DNA of 64,000 nt from an uncultured Acidobacteriota bacterium (GTDB taxonomy: Bacteria; Acidobacteriota; Thermoanaerobaculia; UBA5066): contig CAVZYA010000001.1 of the NCBI GenBank assembly GCA_963779415.1, forward strand, positions 516,519 through 580,518, in the 5' to 3' direction. Positions 63,221 through 64,000 of the stretch are shown piece after piece. The notes beneath the pieces are model-generated. The model worked only from the letters and a program-made list of their open reading frames with translations. It was not told the origin of the DNA and searched no databases. Position numbers and translations under genes: made by a program. The first letter of the stretch is position 1, and every line of letters begins with the position of its first letter.

Positions 63221-64000
63221 TCAGACGGGTTTCAGGCTTCCTTCCTCCAGCCAGTGCGTGAAAAGGCGGCGGATTCTGAAGGAGTCGGCGGGGATCGACT
63301 CCTCGCAGAGGCGCGGGCTCGCACCCTGGGAGGCCCGGGCCCACACCTGCTGCTGAAGGACGGCGTCCGATTCCTCCCCAAGCGCCGTCGGCTTCTGACC
63401 CGAGGCCGTGAGGTAGAGATCGTCCGGAATGAGGGCCGCGGCGCGCTGGAACTCGTCGTAGCGCCGCATCCCCTCGAGAAGGAGCGGCACGACCTCGCGG
63501 GGCGGCGGATCGGTCTCCTTCCGCGGCGCCGTCTCCTGCTTCGTAAAGGCGAACGTCCCCGGGAATGGCCTCTCGAAGAACTGGTAGCAGGCGTCGTCCC
63601 CCTTCAGGATGCCGAACTGGGCCGCACGAACCCGCCCGTGCTCCATCGTGATCGTCCCGACGCCGTTTCCCTTCTGGTCACGGAGCACGAGCTGACCCGT
63701 GACCTCCGAGACGCCGAGGCTCTGGAGGAGGCTCGGAAGCTCGAAGAGCTCGAGGTCGCCCGAGAGGCTCGCCGTCGCCGCCTCCTGAACGTGCTGCACG
63801 TCGAAGCCTCCGAGGACCTTCGCGGCGATCCGCGAGAACTCCTGGTTCGGGAAGCTCTCGACGATGTTCTCCATCAGCTTCCGGACCTGGGGCAACGGGG
63901 TCCCGGAAAGGGACTCGATGATCTGGCCGATCCGCTCGTCGTTCTTCTTCAGGACGAGCCCGAGCACCTTGAACGGCAGCTCCGACCGAAGGCTCTTGAG
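63221..64000 (-). CDS. DUF4388 (PATAN-like) domain protein; the 5' end probably lies beyond the window
   Basis: LSGDLELFELPSLLQSLGVSEVTGQLVLRD is DUF4388-like. The reading frame stays open from 63967 to the window edge. Confidence 0.65.
   Translation of the reverse strand, partial: LKSLRSELPFKVLGLVLKKNDERIGQIIESLSGTPLPQVRKLMENIVESFPNQEFSRIAAKVLGGFDVQHVQEAATASLSGDLELFELPSLLQSLGVSEVTGQLVLRDQKGNGVGTITMEHGRVRAAQFGILKGDDACYQFFERPFPGTFAFTKQETAPRKETDPPPREVVPLLLEGMRRYDEFQRAAALIPDDLYLTASGQKPTALGEESDAVLQQQVWARASQGASPRLCEESIPADSFRIRRLFTHWLEEGSLKPV

Noticed and set aside
1-64000. Looked for CRISPR arrays, rRNA/tRNA genes, transposases/integrases, inverted terminal repeats and prophage genes.
   Set aside because: I found no regularly spaced direct repeats, no conserved RNA-gene strings, and no DDE, tyrosine or serine recombinase motifs in any credible ORF. 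The E1/JAB cluster has the same composition as its surroundings, so I cannot claim it is a mobile island.

Overview
This is visibly GC-rich bacterial chromosomal DNA. Codon position 3 is strongly G/C-biased, so the six-frame track is full of long Arg/Pro/Gly-rich antisense 'shadow' ORFs, which I discarded. All family calls come from motifs I could read in the translations; no database search was possible.

I can support about 60 protein-coding genes, one strong intrinsic terminator, one near-consensus sigma-54 promoter and two CRP/FNR-like operators. I found no rRNA, tRNA, CRISPR array, transposase or integrase. The lineage is probably a Gram-negative, sigma-54-rich phylum (Acidobacteriota-like), but that is inference only.

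Gene order:
- **1-4434:** Hanks kinase, aminotransferase, aldehyde dehydrogenase and bactofilin.
- **4920-11854:** an operon of porin, OFA-type MFS transporter, two family-III CoA-transferases and four small unknown ORFs, some Cys-rich.
- **12049-19415:** an eleven-gene cluster with an E1-like ThiF protein, a JAMM/JAB protease, a putative UBC/E2-like domain, a ClpX/HslU-type AAA+ ATPase, several tiny ORFs and an MBL-TPR protein. This is the most interesting locus. It is a candidate ubiquitin-like tagging system coupled to an unfoldase.
- **19541-22054:** acyl-CoA synthetase and a cytidylate-kinase-like/BON protein.
- **22083-28335, minus strand:** an operon of histidine kinase, TauE, a membrane protein, a PEP-utilising enzyme and CheY.
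- **28528-34968:** Liv-type ABC transporter, thioesterase, ADP-forming acyl-CoA synthetase and Crp/Fnr.
- **35392-37922:** a GNAT-HDAC fusion plus a CBS/ACT protein.
- **37944-44314:** a sigma-54 activator divergent from an Hdr/Dsr(Hme)-like membrane redox operon that ends in an NrfD-hexahaem fusion.
- **44311-47576:** a two-component block carrying about ten same-direction frameshifts, with an eleventh just upstream at ~44138 in the cytochrome tail of 42388-44314.
- **47580-64000:** ALDH, a second OFA transporter, an amidohydrolase, a Pat-like GNAT/acyl-CoA-synthetase protein, PAS, hydrolase, enoyl-CoA hydratase, MarR plus three tandem U32 paralogues, a solute-binding protein, an AcuC/AcuB-like pair and a DUF4388-like protein.
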